DNA of 64,000 nt from Octopus sinensis (lineage: Eukaryota), in contig NC_043000.1 of NCBI RefSeq assembly GCF_006345805.1, forward strand, positions 38,130,001 through 38,194,000. Direction: 5' to 3'. The translations under genes were made by a program, and so were the position numbers. Positions 24,531-39,669 of the stretch are shown here, one piece after another. How positions within the stretch are numbered: the first letter of the stretch is position 1; every line of letters begins with the position of its first letter. The notes beneath the pieces are model-generated. The model saw nothing but the letters and a program-made list of their open reading frames with translations, searched no databases and was not told the origin of the DNA.

Positions 24531-27439
24531 AGTGCTCCATTTTTCACGTTACGCCTAAAAGAAACCGTGTTAATTATTATAACGTTCTCCACCCTCACGT
24601 CCATTTTAATAAACCCACCTACACTCTCTCTCATTCTCTCTCTCGATCTCTATCTCGCTATCTCTCACTCTTAATCGCTTTCTCTCTCTCTCTATCTATC
24701 TCTCTTTCTCGCTCTCAATCTCACTGTCTCTCGTTCTTTCTCGCTCTCTCTCTCTCACACTCACACACACTCTCGACGTCTTCTTTCAACTAATTATTCG
24801 TAACATAATAGCAATCTCATTTTCCTACATCTCACTATTAACACTCTCCTCTCTCTTTCTTTCTCTCCCTCTCCCTCTCTCTCCGTTTCTCTTTCTCTTT
24901 GCTTAAAACCACGAGACAGCGTAACACATTTAGTCTTACTATGTTATTGCTAAGTCAGTGACAACGATCCCAAACACATTGCAGAGTGTTCTTCTGTTGA
25001 CCCTGCTAGTGTTATTACAATGCTAGGCAACAAGTGTCTGGAATTGATTCCTTGAAGACGATGTTGGAAATCGAAAGACATCCTACATCAACCAATTGCT
25101 TGACAAAATCCATTACTATGGAAACACGGCTATTTTAGTTGTTTGTTTTCAGATATTGTTGTATGACATATTTAATTTTCACACCCACTGGAATTTGGGC
25201 ACAAAAAATGAACACCTTTATCCAACACTACCGTGAATTTGGAAGTGTTTGAGAGATACCGAATGATTGCCTGGTGTGTGTGCAGAAAACCATAAGTTCC
25301 AAGCATAACAATCTAGTCCTACTTTCATTCATCATATATATTGATAACACATTTTCTAATAGAACCTCCTCCATTTTTCAGATGGTAGAATATAAACTAA
25401 AAGCGATTTGGCTGCTATTTCTATTTCTAGAAGGTATAGGAACCACGAAAAAGCACTTTCATTACATTTATTCGTTGTGAATATGATGATCCGTAATATA
25501 CAGTGTAAAATCTGTGATGTTTCTGTGAAATGTCTGTGAGCATCCCCGCCTTTCAGCATCATTTTAGATATGATGACGTCATTGACTGCGCTAACTATAG
25601 GGACATCTGGATTAAATCGTTCCCATAGCAACCATAATAGACTTTACTTCCTCTCTATTTTTATGCCAAGATGCCAAACCTATTATTTCATAATTTCATT
25701 CTTCGCTTTGATTTTGGTAGAGTTTGATGACAGCAATGTTAGAACGGTCTGTTAGATATATGACCTATCTATATACATACACATGGGTGGGTGTATACAT
25801 TCATACATATTTGTTTTGTTAGTTATCAAATGTGTGCATATAATATATTATATATATATATTATATATATATATATATACACACATATATTTAGTATACA
25901 TATATATATATATATACATATATTATATATAACATATAAATATATATGTACATATATATATACATATACATTTATATATATGCATCCATGTTATATATAA
26001 TACATGCATACATACATACATATATATATGCATATATATATAATATATACATACATATGTATATACATATACATATATATGCATCCATGTTATACATATA
26101 TATATATATATATATAATATATATATATTATATATATATTACATGGATGCATACACACACTCACTCAAAAACACGTAAAAATTATATACTTTAATATTTT
26201 GTGATATGAATAAGTGTATGTATATTTATATTGTATAAAGGGAGAGAGAGGGGGGAGGAGGTGATGAGAGAAGTAAATCAATGGATATATATGTATTTAT
26301 TTTTCTCCGTTCCCTCCCTTTCTTTCTCTTTCTCACTCTCTTTATATATATATTTACATATATACATGTACATGTAAAGACGTACAGATATATTTATACA
26401 TACATACGCACATACATGCATACATACATACATACATACATACATACATACATACATACATACATACCTACATACATGCATGCATACATGCATACATACA
26501 TACAGATACCTATTTGAATTCCCCTTTTTCTTCTCTCTGGGATGGTGGGGGGTCAACGTTACTTTTCATCACCGCTTTTTCTCGTTCCACCCTACCCCAG
26601 CACACCTTCAGCCCCACCCTATCCTACCCAAGGATCAATAAAAACGTACTGGTAATATACTGAGGTCGATTATGTCTAAGTCATCACTTACTGTCCTTTA
26701 AACAAATTGAGTTTGTGCCGAGTCAAAAGATATGAATGGCGTTCTTTGTTCATATATTTTTATTCTTTGCCGTTTTTTTCTGCCAATTCTTTCCTTTTTT
26801 TCTTGGCTGTTTTATTAATTTTATCTCTCCAATTTAATCTTTCATTCTTTCTGTCTTTCTTTCTTTCTTTCTTTTTTCGTTTTACACTTTCATTTATACA
26901 TGGCAGCGGCTATTAGCTTTGCTTTATTACTTTTGATGCTCCTCTACGTCTCAGATTCGCAGTAAATTTACCAATAACCAATGTTAATCAATGATATAAT
27001 TTATTTCCCCTGACATAAATCATATAGGTTCTTTAAAAATATCAACAAAAATAAGAAAATATAAATAAAATATTTACAAAAGCTAAACAAAACAAGAAAA
27101 AAATATGACATCCAGTCGCATGACTCAAACTGATTTTATATATTTATATTTATTTATATTTATATATATATTTTCGTTTCGTTTTTTTTTTTATATTTTA
27201 TCTTTTCTGTTTATTTATTAATAATTTTGTATGTGTTGTTGTTGTTGTTGTGGCTGTTGTATTGTTTGTTGTGTTCATTTTTTCGTGGCCAGTTTTCACA
27301 CAACATTGAACATTTGATTTGATTTGTGAAAAACAAAGAAAATAGTGTTTTTTCGCCATAGCATATGAATATAGAAGCATTTTATCGAATCAAGGAAGAG
27401 AAAGCAATAAGAGAAGAGAGAGAAAAAGAAAGACAACGG

Positions 27440-27655
27440 GTGTGATAGAGACAGAAGAAGAAGAAGAAGAAGAAGAAGAAGAAGAAGAAGAAGAAGAAGA
27501 AGAAGAAGAAGAAGAAGAAGAAGAAGAAGAAGACAGATGTAGGAAGGGAAAAAAATCAGTAAAATTACAAACATAATAATAATGATGATGATGATGATGG
27601 GGATGATGATGATGATGGGGATGATGATGATGATGGGGATGATGATGATGATAAT

Positions 27656-27712
<57 letters not shown>

Positions 27713-27730
27713 TAAAATAATAATAATCAT
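27440..27730. repeat. (GAA)n/(GAT)n/(AAT)n microsatellites
   Basis: Direct inspection. Confidence 0.95.
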
Positions 27731-28051
27731 AACCAGATTCTACCCAAACGTATAAACGATGGATAATTCTTTAGAATGTCTGCACATATTTAGTCATGAT
27801 TTCTTTGTACGTACACAGTATGCGCGTCCGTATGTATGCAGGGTTGTATATATGTGTGTATATGCCTGTGTATGTGCATGTGCGTATGTATACATATATA
27901 CCTGAACACACACAGATACACATACACTGTTCTTCTTAGTGTATGTATATGCATGCATATGCTTGTGTCTGTGTGTGTGCGTGTCTGTATTTATAGTTAT
28001 ATATATATAATTATACGTTTATAATCATATGTATATATGTATGCATATATA

Positions 28052-28098
<47 letters not shown>

Positions 28099-28214
28099 GA
28101 GTGTTTTTTCTGTGTTTGTAAAGTGTGAATGTATATTTGAAATGTATGTGGGTGGTTTATTGTACCGGATTGGGGCCTGAAACCAGATCCCACCCGCTCA
28201 GCATTATCCTCGCT

Positions 28215-28242
28215 ACAAATAGCTGCTGCTGCTAGTACCACC

Positions 28243-28280
<38 letters not shown>

Positions 28281-29260
28281 ACTACTACTACTACTACTAA
28301 TGCTGCTGCTACTGCTGCTGCTCACAAAGCTATGATGAGTAGTTCCACTAATAAAAAATTAGAGCACCACAGAATCCTGTATCACCATCAGCATCATCAC
28401 TGTCAACATGAGCCCGACGATCAGCATCCTCATTGTGAACATCAGTCTCACCATCAACACTAGTACCACCACCACCACAACCACCACCTTCAAAACAACA
28501 ATGTCCCCACCCGACCCCACTGGCATCGACTTCGCCACCATCATCACCACATTCAGCAGCACCACTTTCAACTTGAATACCACCGACGCCACCACCACCA
28601 TCACCAACAACAATAGCACCATTGTCAACAGAACCACCATCGACAAATCAGCGTCATCATTATACCACCATTACAACCACCACCATCACCACCACCACAA
28701 CCACCACCACCACTACAACCACCATCACCCCCATCATCAAGCGTTAACAGTTTCATCGCCCTACCCGTCACCATTACCACCTCCACCATCCTGAACAACG
28801 AAATCCTTTGACTCTGGCAACACCATCTACTACTGCCTGTACCATTATCATCCCCAGCACCACCAGCACCATCACCACTAAATCACTATCATCATGGTAC
28901 TACCGCCACCATCACCTCTACTACCACCTCCAGCCCATTGATTACAAATATCACCACTACCATCAACATCCTTACTACCACCAGCAGCACCACCTCCGCC
29001 GCCATAACCCTCCAGCCCTATTGATTCTAAATAGCATCACCACCATCAACGTCATTACTACGACCACCAATAACACCACCGCCACCACACCACTGTCATC
29101 ATGGTACTGCCACCAGCACCACCAACACCACCACAACCACTACCATCAACACCACCACTACTACTACCAACATTACTGTCACACTACCCCCCCCCCGTCA
29201 TCACCACGTCCACAAATACCACCATTAACAACATCTTTTACCACCACTAATGTTAATGTC
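28215..29260. repeat. Long degenerate (CAC/CAT/ACT)n low-complexity tract
   Basis: Direct inspection; source of the Thr/His-rich pseudo-ORFs. Confidence 0.85.
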
Positions 29261-29789
29261 TCCCTCTCTGCAACAAACGCAGTTATTGGTATTTTTATAG
29301 TCTCGAGAGACAGAAGGAAAAATAAATGTAAAATAATAATAAATAAAGTAATAAATAATAAATAAATAAACTTGAATTGGACATTAAAGTGAAATAAAAA
29401 TGAAATAAAATAAAAAAATCATTTGTTTTTAAAGGAGAAGATTCTATAAGTTTAGACCGAAGTTACTTCTGGTAGATATGGTTTCCTATTAAAACAATAT
29501 TCCTGTCAGTTAATTTAGTACACATCATAATTACCAGTTAAATACAACCAAACATCGAGAGTATTATAATTGGTTCCTTGTAAAAGCACACGTTTTTTAT
29601 GGTATATTTATTAATCTCTTTGTTATCGTTGTTTAATAGACAAGAGGATATTATCAGACGTCAGGCATACAGGCTGTCTTGGAATAAAAATTGCTTCTCT
29701 GGAGAAAGGAACAATTAGAGTCTGTCATATGACTGATAACTTTGGTAGATTAAAACACATATCAATTTGGCATTTAATCTCATTCGATG

Positions 29790-29950
29790 TACAGTAATCC
29801 CTCGCCATATCGCTGTTCACCTATCGCGCACTCGGTACATCGCGGTTCACCTATTGCGCACTCAGTCTATCGCGGATTTTCCTGGCTAATGTATGTAAAT
29901 TTATATCTCAGACCTCTCAGTATATCGCGGGTTTCTGCGGCCGATAGGTA
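29790..29950 (+). mobile_element. Tigger/pogo-like DNA transposon end
   Basis: ta|cagtaatccctcgccatatcgc followed by subterminal tatcgcg repeats. Confidence 0.6.
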
Positions 29951-30007
29951 TTAATATTTTTAAAGATTTTAGTTACTTCTGTGGGAGGTTTTGGAAGGGG
30001 AGCACCC

Positions 30008-30488
30008 ACGAGGTAGTCGTGGGATTATTGTAGTCCCTTTCCGAAGTCACACACATTAACCAGCCTCCTTTCCATTCATGGAAGCTTTTCTGGAACCCTT
30101 ATTTTTCGGAGTAGCTGCCTCATTCTATTGGACTTCTTCGATGTCTTGAAATCTGGTTCCTTTCAAGTGGGATTACTTCCAAGCCTCGATTTCGGGGTCA
30201 TAACCCACGATTTGGCACCCATTATGACCGTTTTCAAAATGTTATCGTCTTCCTGGACGACAATTAAGAAGATCCAGCGCAGCTGAAACCTGAACTTCTT
30301 TTCGAAGCGACCACACTCTACACTCTTTACTTCCAAGCACTACTAGTAACAACGGAAGTGAGCGAGAACGTTATAACTAAGTGCGCACGCGTGACAGAGT
30401 TCGAGATCAATCTGTGCGAAGTGGCTTCACTCTGCATACTTTAGCTCCGTTATCATAGCAACAGTCCCGAGATTTTTTTATCTGACTT
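30008..30488 (-). mobile_element. Internally deleted mariner
   Basis: Minus strand ILKTVIMGAKSWV-YDPE joined to LKGTRFQDIEEVQ...QKSFHEW. Confidence 0.7.
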
Positions 30489-30534
30489 CATATACTTTTT
30501 GCTAACATGGTATAACTATAATAAATCAATTTTA

Positions 30535-30982
30535 GTCAGGAGTGGCTGTGCGTGGTAAGTAGCTTGCTTGCCAACCACATGGTTCCGGGTTCAGCCCCAC
30601 TGCGTGGTACCTTAGGCAAGTGTCTTTTACTATAGTCTCGAGCCAACCAAAGCCTGGTAAGTGGATTTAGTAGACGGAACTGAAAGAAGCCCATTGTACC
30701 ATTCCCTCATTGATTCAGCTCTCCTGTTTTTAAAAAACATTTTCCTCCTTTTTTACTACTTCCGTCTTTTCAGTATGTGACCTCGTGAAGACGACCTGCA
30801 ATTTTGTTTTCCTCTGTCCTCCCGTCTCGGGATCTTTCTTTCTTTCTCTTATGTTTCCGACGAAGAGCTCCGCTCGAAACGTCATACCCTCCTTCTTCCA
30901 TTTTCCTGAGCGCCTAATAATAATAATACTGTAATTGTTCCACGTGTTGTTGTTTTTTCTGTTTTCCCGTTTGGATTAACCT

Positions 30983-31053
<71 letters not shown>

Positions 31054-31270
31054 TTGTGTGTCTGTGTTTGTCTCCCACCATCGCTTGACAACCAATGTTG
31101 GTGTGTTTACGTCCCAGTAACTTAGCTGTTCGACAAAAGAGACCACTAGGATAAGTACTATGCCCACAAAGAATAAGTTCTGGGGTCGATTTGCTCGACA
31201 ATAGGCGCTGCTCCAACATGGTCGCAGTCAAATGATTGAAACAAATAAAAGAATATAAGAATAAAAGAAT
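30535..31270 (+). mobile_element. SINE-A interrupted by a Penelope-type pLTR fragment (about 30698-30985)
   Basis: 5' half 30535-30697, 3' half about 31040-31270; insert has ccgacga-a-gagc tcc gctc-gaaac-gtc at 30853-30887. Confidence 0.8.
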
Positions 31271-31601
31271 ATATTGAAATCAAAACCAAGCCGTCATCAA
31301 TGGGGACTGGTGATGGATAATGAATGGGTGTCGTGTCTGTCTTTAAACGTATATGGGAATCATTCCTTAATTCCTTACTTCTTGTGGGGACTTAATGCCT
31401 TGCAATATTTACCAAAATATGGCAGTGGCTGTTCTGCTAAGCACCTACAACTTATGACATTCAGAATTGGACAACAGCCATCTTTGAAATTCTATTTGTC
31501 AATCGGGAAATATTTTACTGTTGTTTGTTTGGATTTTGTTTTTCTGTTCTTTGTGTAGAGAAGGACAATACACAATCTGTGTGTGTTTGTGTGTATGTGT
31601 G

Positions 31602-31673
<72 letters not shown>

Positions 31674-33264
31674 CTGCTTGATACAATATGCGTGTTTATG
31701 TGTTTGTCAATGAAACGCTTTTACAAGGTTGTGTTTCTATGCATATAGCTGTAAGTATGAGCAATGATATGCGTCGATGTGCATGTACGTATGAGTGTGT
31801 GTGTGAGTGTGTGTGTGTGTGTGTGTGCGTGTGTGTACGTCTTGATGTATGTATACGGCTCTAAGTGTTTATTTCTGTTGACGAGACAATTTGTATATAT
31901 GTGACGATGAGGTTATGTGTTACTTTATCTCTTCTGTCTTTGTCTCCGATTGAGTATCTTAAGACGAGAAAACAAAACATATTAAACAGCAGACGAGCAA
32001 AGGGAGAGGACCTGATTGTATATGGGCATAATATTTGAATAATTCCTAACAAAGCAGAAAACAAACCATACTAAAGTGAGAAGCACATATTGCGACAGAC
32101 GTATGTAGATAAATAGATACAGAAGTGATAACTAAATAGAGAAAGGAAGCGAGTCGGAGACGATGGTGTAGAATAGAATCTGAACACTTTATACAAACAT
32201 TGTCTTCTGTCATTTTCTTGTCTCATTTGAATTCTTGATGCGGTGTTTATGTACAGTCGATGTTGTATTTGTGTATAGTCGATAGCTGGGGCGTAACATC
32301 AACTTTAATTACTCATTCGTCTTCTTCAACAATAAATAAATACTGTAAGCCGTTTATTTTACTCTAACTGGTTTAAGACATATTTAGAAAAATAAAAAAA
32401 TAAACGTAAAACAAGATGAATATTGCATAAATCTTGAGGGGCCACGAACAGAAAACGCTCTGCGCTTTTGTAACAAAAGATGGCGTCACATATTTTCAAT
32501 TTTATTTTTGAGTTGAATTCTATTTATTGATGGCGGGTTGGAGTTCACGAGGAAGGCATCTGACTCGGAATGTCATCTATTTAATTTCATTTTCTTTAAA
32601 TCTACTTCTATCCTCACTATTATTCTAGACATATCCTACTGGCAGAGCTTGTATAATATCCGACGAACTTCTATTTCATCAAAATAAAGACGGGACAAGT
32701 GATACATAGTCCATATTAATGAAGATCTATTAGAAAATTATTGTTTTTCCAGGCTGGAGAGTTAGCCAGGTTTCCATGTCAAAAGATGCGGTGTGAGTTT
32801 TTCTAAGATGTTCTTTAAGTACATCAAGGACCGACTAACCCACCATTATAGAAAACAAATTTCCGAAGCGTTCAACCTATATTAGAACTTTCATCAGTCC
32901 ATACAAGCAATGCTTATTGTGAAATGTAGCCAGATTTCTTCCAGATATTTTTAATCAGAATAAATTATCTGCAAAGGCCCCTTATCAAAGTAATACTGAA
33001 TAAAAGCTCGTAGAATAAAATAGGGATCATTGTGTATTTTGGAGAAACTGTACATTAAGGCCAAATTCCTGAGGTGTCGTGAATAAAAACTTGAATGGAT
33101 GATACAGAATTGTACGATTTTGTGCTTTTTGTGTTTCAGAAATGTAATATATTGGGATTGAAAGAAATATGACGGGATTAGTGGATAGCTAAATACCTTT
33201 TAGATGCGTTTTTTATTGATATAAACTAATATCATATATATGTATGATAGGTTCAAATTTTCGC

Positions 33265-33447
33265 AAAGAACGCCGGAGAGTTAGGTGAGGGCAAAGTCGA
33301 TTAGATCGACATCAGTGTTCTGCTGGCACTTACTTTATCGACCTCGAAAGGATAAAAAGCTTGGCAGAATTTAAACTCTGAGCGCCGAGACGGACGAAAT
33401 GCCGCTGTGCATTTGCCTGGAGTGCTAACGATTCTGCCAGCTCGCAT
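33265..33447 (-). mobile_element. SINE-B
   Basis: tttatcgacctcgaaagg..gaatttaaactctgag..ttctgccagctcgc. Confidence 0.8.
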
Positions 33448-34628
33448 TACACATTTGTATTCGTCAGACATCTGTGAATTAGATAAATTTTTATTAGTGA
33501 TGGGTGAATTATAAATAGTTTTTAGAGATGAATCTACATTGAATCTGTATGTGTACGTACATGTGTGTATGTATGTGTGTCACCGGACCGATGGATCTCG
33601 CAAGGGAACGGTCTGGAGTTTATAGAAATCAGAAAGCAATCTATTAATTCATGCATGCCAAAGCCTGCTAAACAGAAAATAATTCAAGGGCTGCACGCAG
33701 TAAAAGCACCAATCCAAAGAGCTTGTGCTTTGTCATACTCATCGGTGTAGCGGGTAGCATTCACTGATGAGACGCACAACCAGGAGAAAACACCTCGGTG
33801 TCTCAACGCCCACTTGCAATGGTGAATTATGTGTGCTATGAACACATATTGTCTAAAGAGAGGAGATGACGTTATCCGATGACGAAAATAGAAGCGATCA
33901 GATATTCAGGTCCGCCTCTGCCACAGCGTTTCCAAAAATAAATAGATGATACTGTTATATAAAGAATCTTTCATGGTGACACTATATAGAGTGAAACTAT
34001 TTAAATGTGCTTCTATATCCTCTAATCATTTGCTTTCATGCTTGTCAATAATGTGAAGATAATTTTTCACACTTTTCAATCTATGACAGCAATTTGCAAC
34101 GATATCTATGAGATGAGCAGAATTTTTAAGAGCCTAAAACTTATTGCATTTCTCAATAAAAAAACGAACTTAACGTGCAACGTTGACTATCGAACACAAC
34201 ACCACTGATTCTCACAGTAGCGCAATTTGTTGAAGAATTGGTTTATATTAAGACCGAGAATAGGTTTCGTGAATTTAAATTCCAAGGTTAGTCATTAATT
34301 ATCTGTAATTTACTTTGAAAAATCCGCTCTACTGACGATGATATTTTTCCCAAGAAAATACAAAGTAGAAAAGGAGTGAGTTAAAATAAGAGGTGCAGCA
34401 TGAGTGCACTTTCTAAGCTTGATGGTGGAAGGAAGAGGATAGGAAATAAGTGACAGTAGTTCTACAAAATGAGAAATTTACTCTATTTATTTGAAGGCAA
34501 TAAAAGTCTTTCTTCCAAATATTAGCATTCATTTCATCACTTTGTATAAGAACCAATGATGAAAATATCGTTCATTATTTACATTATTTACATTTGACGG
34601 ATATTTGCCCTCTTCTTGTTTGTTGTTA

Positions 34629-34672
34629 ACACAACGTTTTGGCTGATATACCCTCCAGCCTTCATCAGGTGT
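34629..34672 (-). ncRNA. Minimal type I hammerhead ribozyme motif (G12 to A in this copy)
   Basis: ACAC-CUGAUGA-A-GGCUG(gaggguauau)CAGCC-[A]AAAC-GUU-GUGU; stems I and II pair perfectly. Confidence 0.75.
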
Positions 34673-34724
34673 CTTAAGGAAATTTCGAACCCGGGTTCTC
34701 ATTCCTAAGGTATTTTTTCAATGG

Positions 34725-34833
<109 letters not shown>

Positions 34834-35340
34834 CAGTAGTTTTATTTTTATAGCTTTCACTTCACTACCGAGCGCAGCTCTGTGTGCCTTTGGTACGTGC
34901 TGTGATTTGTTGTGATGCTCTTATGGTTACTGTATGGAAAGTGTTCTGCGTAGGATGTGTGCAGTGCCTAGTAGTGCAATTTTCTGTATGTTATATGTGT
35001 TCATAAGTCCTGGTGTTTTTGTTATGTATTTGTCTGAATATTTTTTTATCATGCCTAATGCACCTACTATGATAGGAATTGTTTCTGTTTTTAGATTCCA
35101 CATTCTGGTTACCTCTATTTCCAGGTCTTTGTATTTTGAAAGTTTCTTCATTTCTTTTAGAGACACGTTGACATCTTCTGGTATTGATACATCAATTAGA
35201 AAGCATACTTTTCTTCATGATCTCTCACAACTATATCTGGTCTGTTGGCCTTAATTACTCTATCTGTGTGTATTGGCATATCCCAGAGTATGGTTGCTTT
35301 CTCGTTTTCTGCGACCTTTTCTGGTGTGTGCCTATACCAT
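34834..35340 (-). mobile_element. 5'-truncated R4/Dong-like RLE non-LTR retrotransposon
   Basis: ILWDMPIHTDRVIKANRPDIVV...FLIDVSIPED...KLSKYKDLEIEVTRMW...IPIIVGALG...ALLGTAHILRR; flanked by (TAA)n and (GAA)n/(AAT)n. Confidence 0.88.
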
Positions 35341-35447
35341 CTTCTTCTTCTTCCTCCTCCACCTCCTCTTCTTCTTCTTCTTCCTCTTCTTCTCTTCTTC
35401 TTCTTCTTCTTCTTCTTCTTCTTCTTCTATTATTATTATTATTATTA

Positions 35448-35489
<42 letters not shown>

Positions 35490-35654
35490 CATTATTCAGG
35501 TCACTGCCTGGAATCGAACTCGGCTGGGGGGTATATCAGCCGAAAAGTTGTGTTAACAACAAGCAAGTTAAGGACAAATATCCGTCAAATGTAAATAACG
35601 TAAATAATGTGCATAATTCCTCATCTCACCTATGAAGTTGTTTTATTCTTTTAT

Positions 35655-35800
35655 TCTTTTATTTGTTTAAGTCATTTGATTGCGGCGATGCAAGAGCACC
35701 ACCTATAATAGAACAAATCGACCCCAGAGCTTATTCTTTGTCGGCCTAGTACTAAACGCTAGAGGTTACTTTTGTCGAACCGCTAAGTTGCTGGGACGTA
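35655..35800 (-). mobile_element. SINE-A 3' fragment
   Basis: gtcatttgattgcggc..aaatcgaccccagagcttattc. Confidence 0.75.
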
Positions 35801-36225
35801 ACATTATGCAACATTCGAAGTTGCCTACAAAACCCGACTCCCCAATATTCATCTCTCTTATTCGGCACTCTTTTCTTTTCTCTCTCTTTCTCGCTATTTC
35901 CTTCTACGCATGCCTCCCCCCACATATACACACACTTATCCATTCCTTTTCATTTCTCATGTTGTCTTTTTATGAATGTAAGGGATTCATTTTAGTCGAT
36001 TAATTCCTCTCTCACCAACTTTATCTACTTATCTATTTATTTCTCGGTCTGTCTATCTGTCTGTCTCTCTGTATATCAGTTTCTTTGGGTGTTTCTTTGT
36101 CAGTTAGTGAGTCTGTCTGTTTAACAATCCAATTAAGCATGCATGTACGTATGTATTTATGTATGTATGTATGTATGTATGTATGTATGTATGTATGTAT
36201 GTATGTATGTATGTATGTATGTATG

Positions 36226-36259
<34 letters not shown>

Positions 36260-36517
36260 AATCTATCTATCTATCTATCTATCTATTTATCTCTTTGTCT
36301 GTTTGTTTGTCTGCCTGCCTGTCTGTCAATCTATCTATCTATCGATCGATCTATCTATTAATCTGTCTCTTTGCGTCTTTTTCTGTCAGTTAGTGAATCT
36401 GTCTCTCTACCCATCCAGTTATGCATGTATATCTGTCTGTCTGTCTGTCTGTCTGTCTGTATGTATGTATGCATGTATGTATGTATGTATGTAGGTATGT
36501 ATGTATGTATGTATGTA

Positions 36518-36571
<54 letters not shown>

Positions 36572-36849
36572 CATCTATCTATTTGTCTGTCTATCTATTC
36601 ACTATCCACCTATCTATTTGTCTGTCTGTGTGCCTGCCTGTCTGTCTGTGTGTCTGTGTGTCTATGTGATTGGCAAGGTGATCGCAGTGACCGAGACGTC
36701 CATCAAAAATCGTGTCCATGTCTCAGATTTCAACATGGCGTAAAAGAGCTCATTATTATTTTAATGCATAGAATAAACGGAAATGAAGAAAGAAAGAAAG
36801 ACTCAAAGAAAGAACGCTGCTAACCGAAAGAATAGCACAACACTTACAC

Positions 36850-37059
36850 CAAAATGCCACTCCATACCACCACCACCACCATCACCAATCTCCAGAAAAA
36901 CAAAGAAATTGAAAAATGGGAAGACAATAAATATGCAGAAGATACTAATTGCCAGGAAATGTAAAAGACGGAGGCAAGAGGCAAAAGTCAGAAATGTTCT
37001 TTTTTGCAGATGATGATGATGATGATGATGATGACGACGATGACGACGACGACGACGAC

Positions 37060-37091
<32 letters not shown>

Positions 37092-37631
37092 GATGATGAT
37101 GATGATGATGATGGTGGTGGTGGGTGGTGGTGGTGGTAGTGATGCTGGAAAAGCAAAGGGAGAAGGAGTAGGAAAGAAGAAGAAGAAGAAGAAGAAGAAG
37201 AAGAAAAAGGAGAAGAAGAAAAAGGAGAGGAGGAAGAGGAGAAGGAGGAGGAGAAAAAGAAGAAGAAGAAGAAGAAGAAGGAGGAGGAGCAGGAGGAGGA
37301 GCAGAGAAGAGAAGAGATAAGGAGGAAAGGAGTAGGATGTAGGAAAAAATAGAAGAAGAAGAAGAAGAGAAAAGACAGCAGGAGGAGCAGCAGGAGGAGA
37401 AGAAGGAGGAAGAGGAGGGGAGGATGAAGTAGAGGAACGTTTGAAAATATTTTCAGAAGCTGACATTCAGCCATTCTGCTTCGATCTTTTACCATATTTC
37501 TGACCAATATACCCTACTTGACATATCTTGGCGTGACAGCCTAGAAAGAATTTCTCGAAAATATGATGCAAAATAAATAAATAAAGAAATGAACAAATAA
37601 ATAAATACTACTACTAACACTAACAATAATA

Positions 37632-37666
<35 letters not shown>

Positions 37667-37674
37667 ATATAATA

Positions 37675-37713
<39 letters not shown>

Positions 37714-37823
37714 TAATAATAATAAAATAATAATAATAATATAATAATAATAATAATAATATAATAATAATAATAATAATGATTATGATATATGATGATG
37801 ATGATTATGATGATAATATAATA

Positions 37824-37867
<44 letters not shown>

Positions 37868-37875
37868 TAAATAAT
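36850..37875. repeat. Compound trinucleotide and purine-rich microsatellite block
   Basis: (GAT)n,(GAC)n,(GGT)n,(AAG)n,(AGG)n,(AAT)n. Confidence 0.95.
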
Positions 37876-38454
37876 AATAGTAGTTTCCCTGTCGTTCTTT
37901 ATGTAATTTCTTTAATAAATAAGAAAATAGTAAAAGTCCTTTTTTTTTCTTTCTATTTTCCTTTTGTTTTAGAAAAATATGAATGTCAATAAAGTATTCG
38001 TATATATTTCAATTTCGTGCGAGATTATAATATACTTTTATATAGTCTTTTAATATATTTTTGAAAGAAGGATAAATAAAATTTGGTATTAAAATCAAAG
38101 AGCGTGTGACAATGACGCATCGTATATGCATACATACATACACACATACATACATACATACATACATACATACATACATACATACATACATACATGCATA
38201 CATACATACATACATACATGCATACATGCATACATGCATACATATATATATTTCATATTTATGATATGTATGTGTGTCTGTATGTGCGTGTGCGTGTGTG
38301 TCTGTGTGTCGGTTTTATACTGTTTTAATATATTTTTGCAATACGGATAAATAAACTTGGCACTGGAATCAAAAGAGCGTGTGACAATTGCACATTATAC
38401 ATATAAATATATGGGGGGGGGGAAGTAACCGAAAGTTAAATGTATCCACGTATA

Positions 38455-38499
<45 letters not shown>

Positions 38500-38920
38500 T
38501 TTATATATTGTATGTATATGTATGTATATATATATGTATATATATATACATATATATACTTACTTATATCTATATCTGTGTATTTGTATGTATAAATTTC
38601 TATGCGTGCTCAAGTGTGTGGGTATATATACACATACATACGTATGTATTTATATATCTGTTATATGTAATGTTTACATATATATGTGTGCGTGTGTGTA
38701 TATATGTGTGTGTATATGTATGAATGTCTTAAAATATGCTATATATACAACTTATGTAGTTATATATATGATACATGTAATACACACTTGTATGTTACAC
38801 ACAAAAGCTCTGATACATGTATACACACATATATGTATGCTTGCTTCTGTGTAGATCTATATCTATCTATCTATCTATCTATCTATCTCTATCTATCTAT
38901 CTATCTCTCTATCTATCTAT

Positions 38921-38962
<42 letters not shown>

Positions 38963-39669
38963 ATATATATATATATATATATATATAGAATATATATTAC
39001 ATACTATATATTATATATATATATGTATGTGTGTGTGTATGTATGTATTTGCATGTATGTGTATTTTTGCCTTTAAATTGTGGTGTGAGGGGAAGCAAGT
39101 TTAGGAAACCGGTAATAAAGGAATAAATGTAAATAGAAAAAGAGTTAGGGGGGGCTAGAAGGAGAGAGAGAAAGAGAAATTTGATTTGGGGATATATTTA
39201 CATTGAAAGTTAAATAACGAAAGATTAAGTAAAAAAAGATAAAAAGGTAAAAATTTAAACGTGCGTGTGGTGGGTAAACTGCGAATTGATCTACAGAGCA
39301 GGAAGGAGGAGGCCAGATCGCAATCTAGCAAACCTGTCTGTCGTTATTGTAGACAAGTTCATCTGTCAAGTTTAAAGAAGCGAAGCTGAAATAATAAACT
39401 TTTAAAATTCAACTTTGTTCATTCGAACCTGCCTTAACATCGGATGTATTTCATATCAAGTCGCTGGGATAAGTATAACGTGGGAGGTCTAGTTTGAAAG
39501 ATTTTATGCAGTTACGGATAATTTCTTTTGCTTATTTCATTCACTGGACTACATCCATGCTGGGACACCGCTTTAAAGGGCTTCGCTGAGTGGTTCTGAA
39601 CCAAGGGTCGTATGACCCTTGCGGATCCACATATCATTTCGTTGTGAGAATTTGTCTCCAATAAATTGG

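Noticed and set aside
24900-25640. Possible RT remnant (SFIIYID) or host exon
   Set aside because: Only one weak motif, frames broken; cannot be supported.
33770-33830. CTGATGA plus hairpin (hammerhead or C/D snoRNA?)
   Set aside because: No GAAA after the stem and no convincing box D or terminal stem.
39335-39390. Minus-strand open 52-nt segment after a tttcag acceptor
   Set aside because: Weak donor (gtttgc) and no recognisable peptide.
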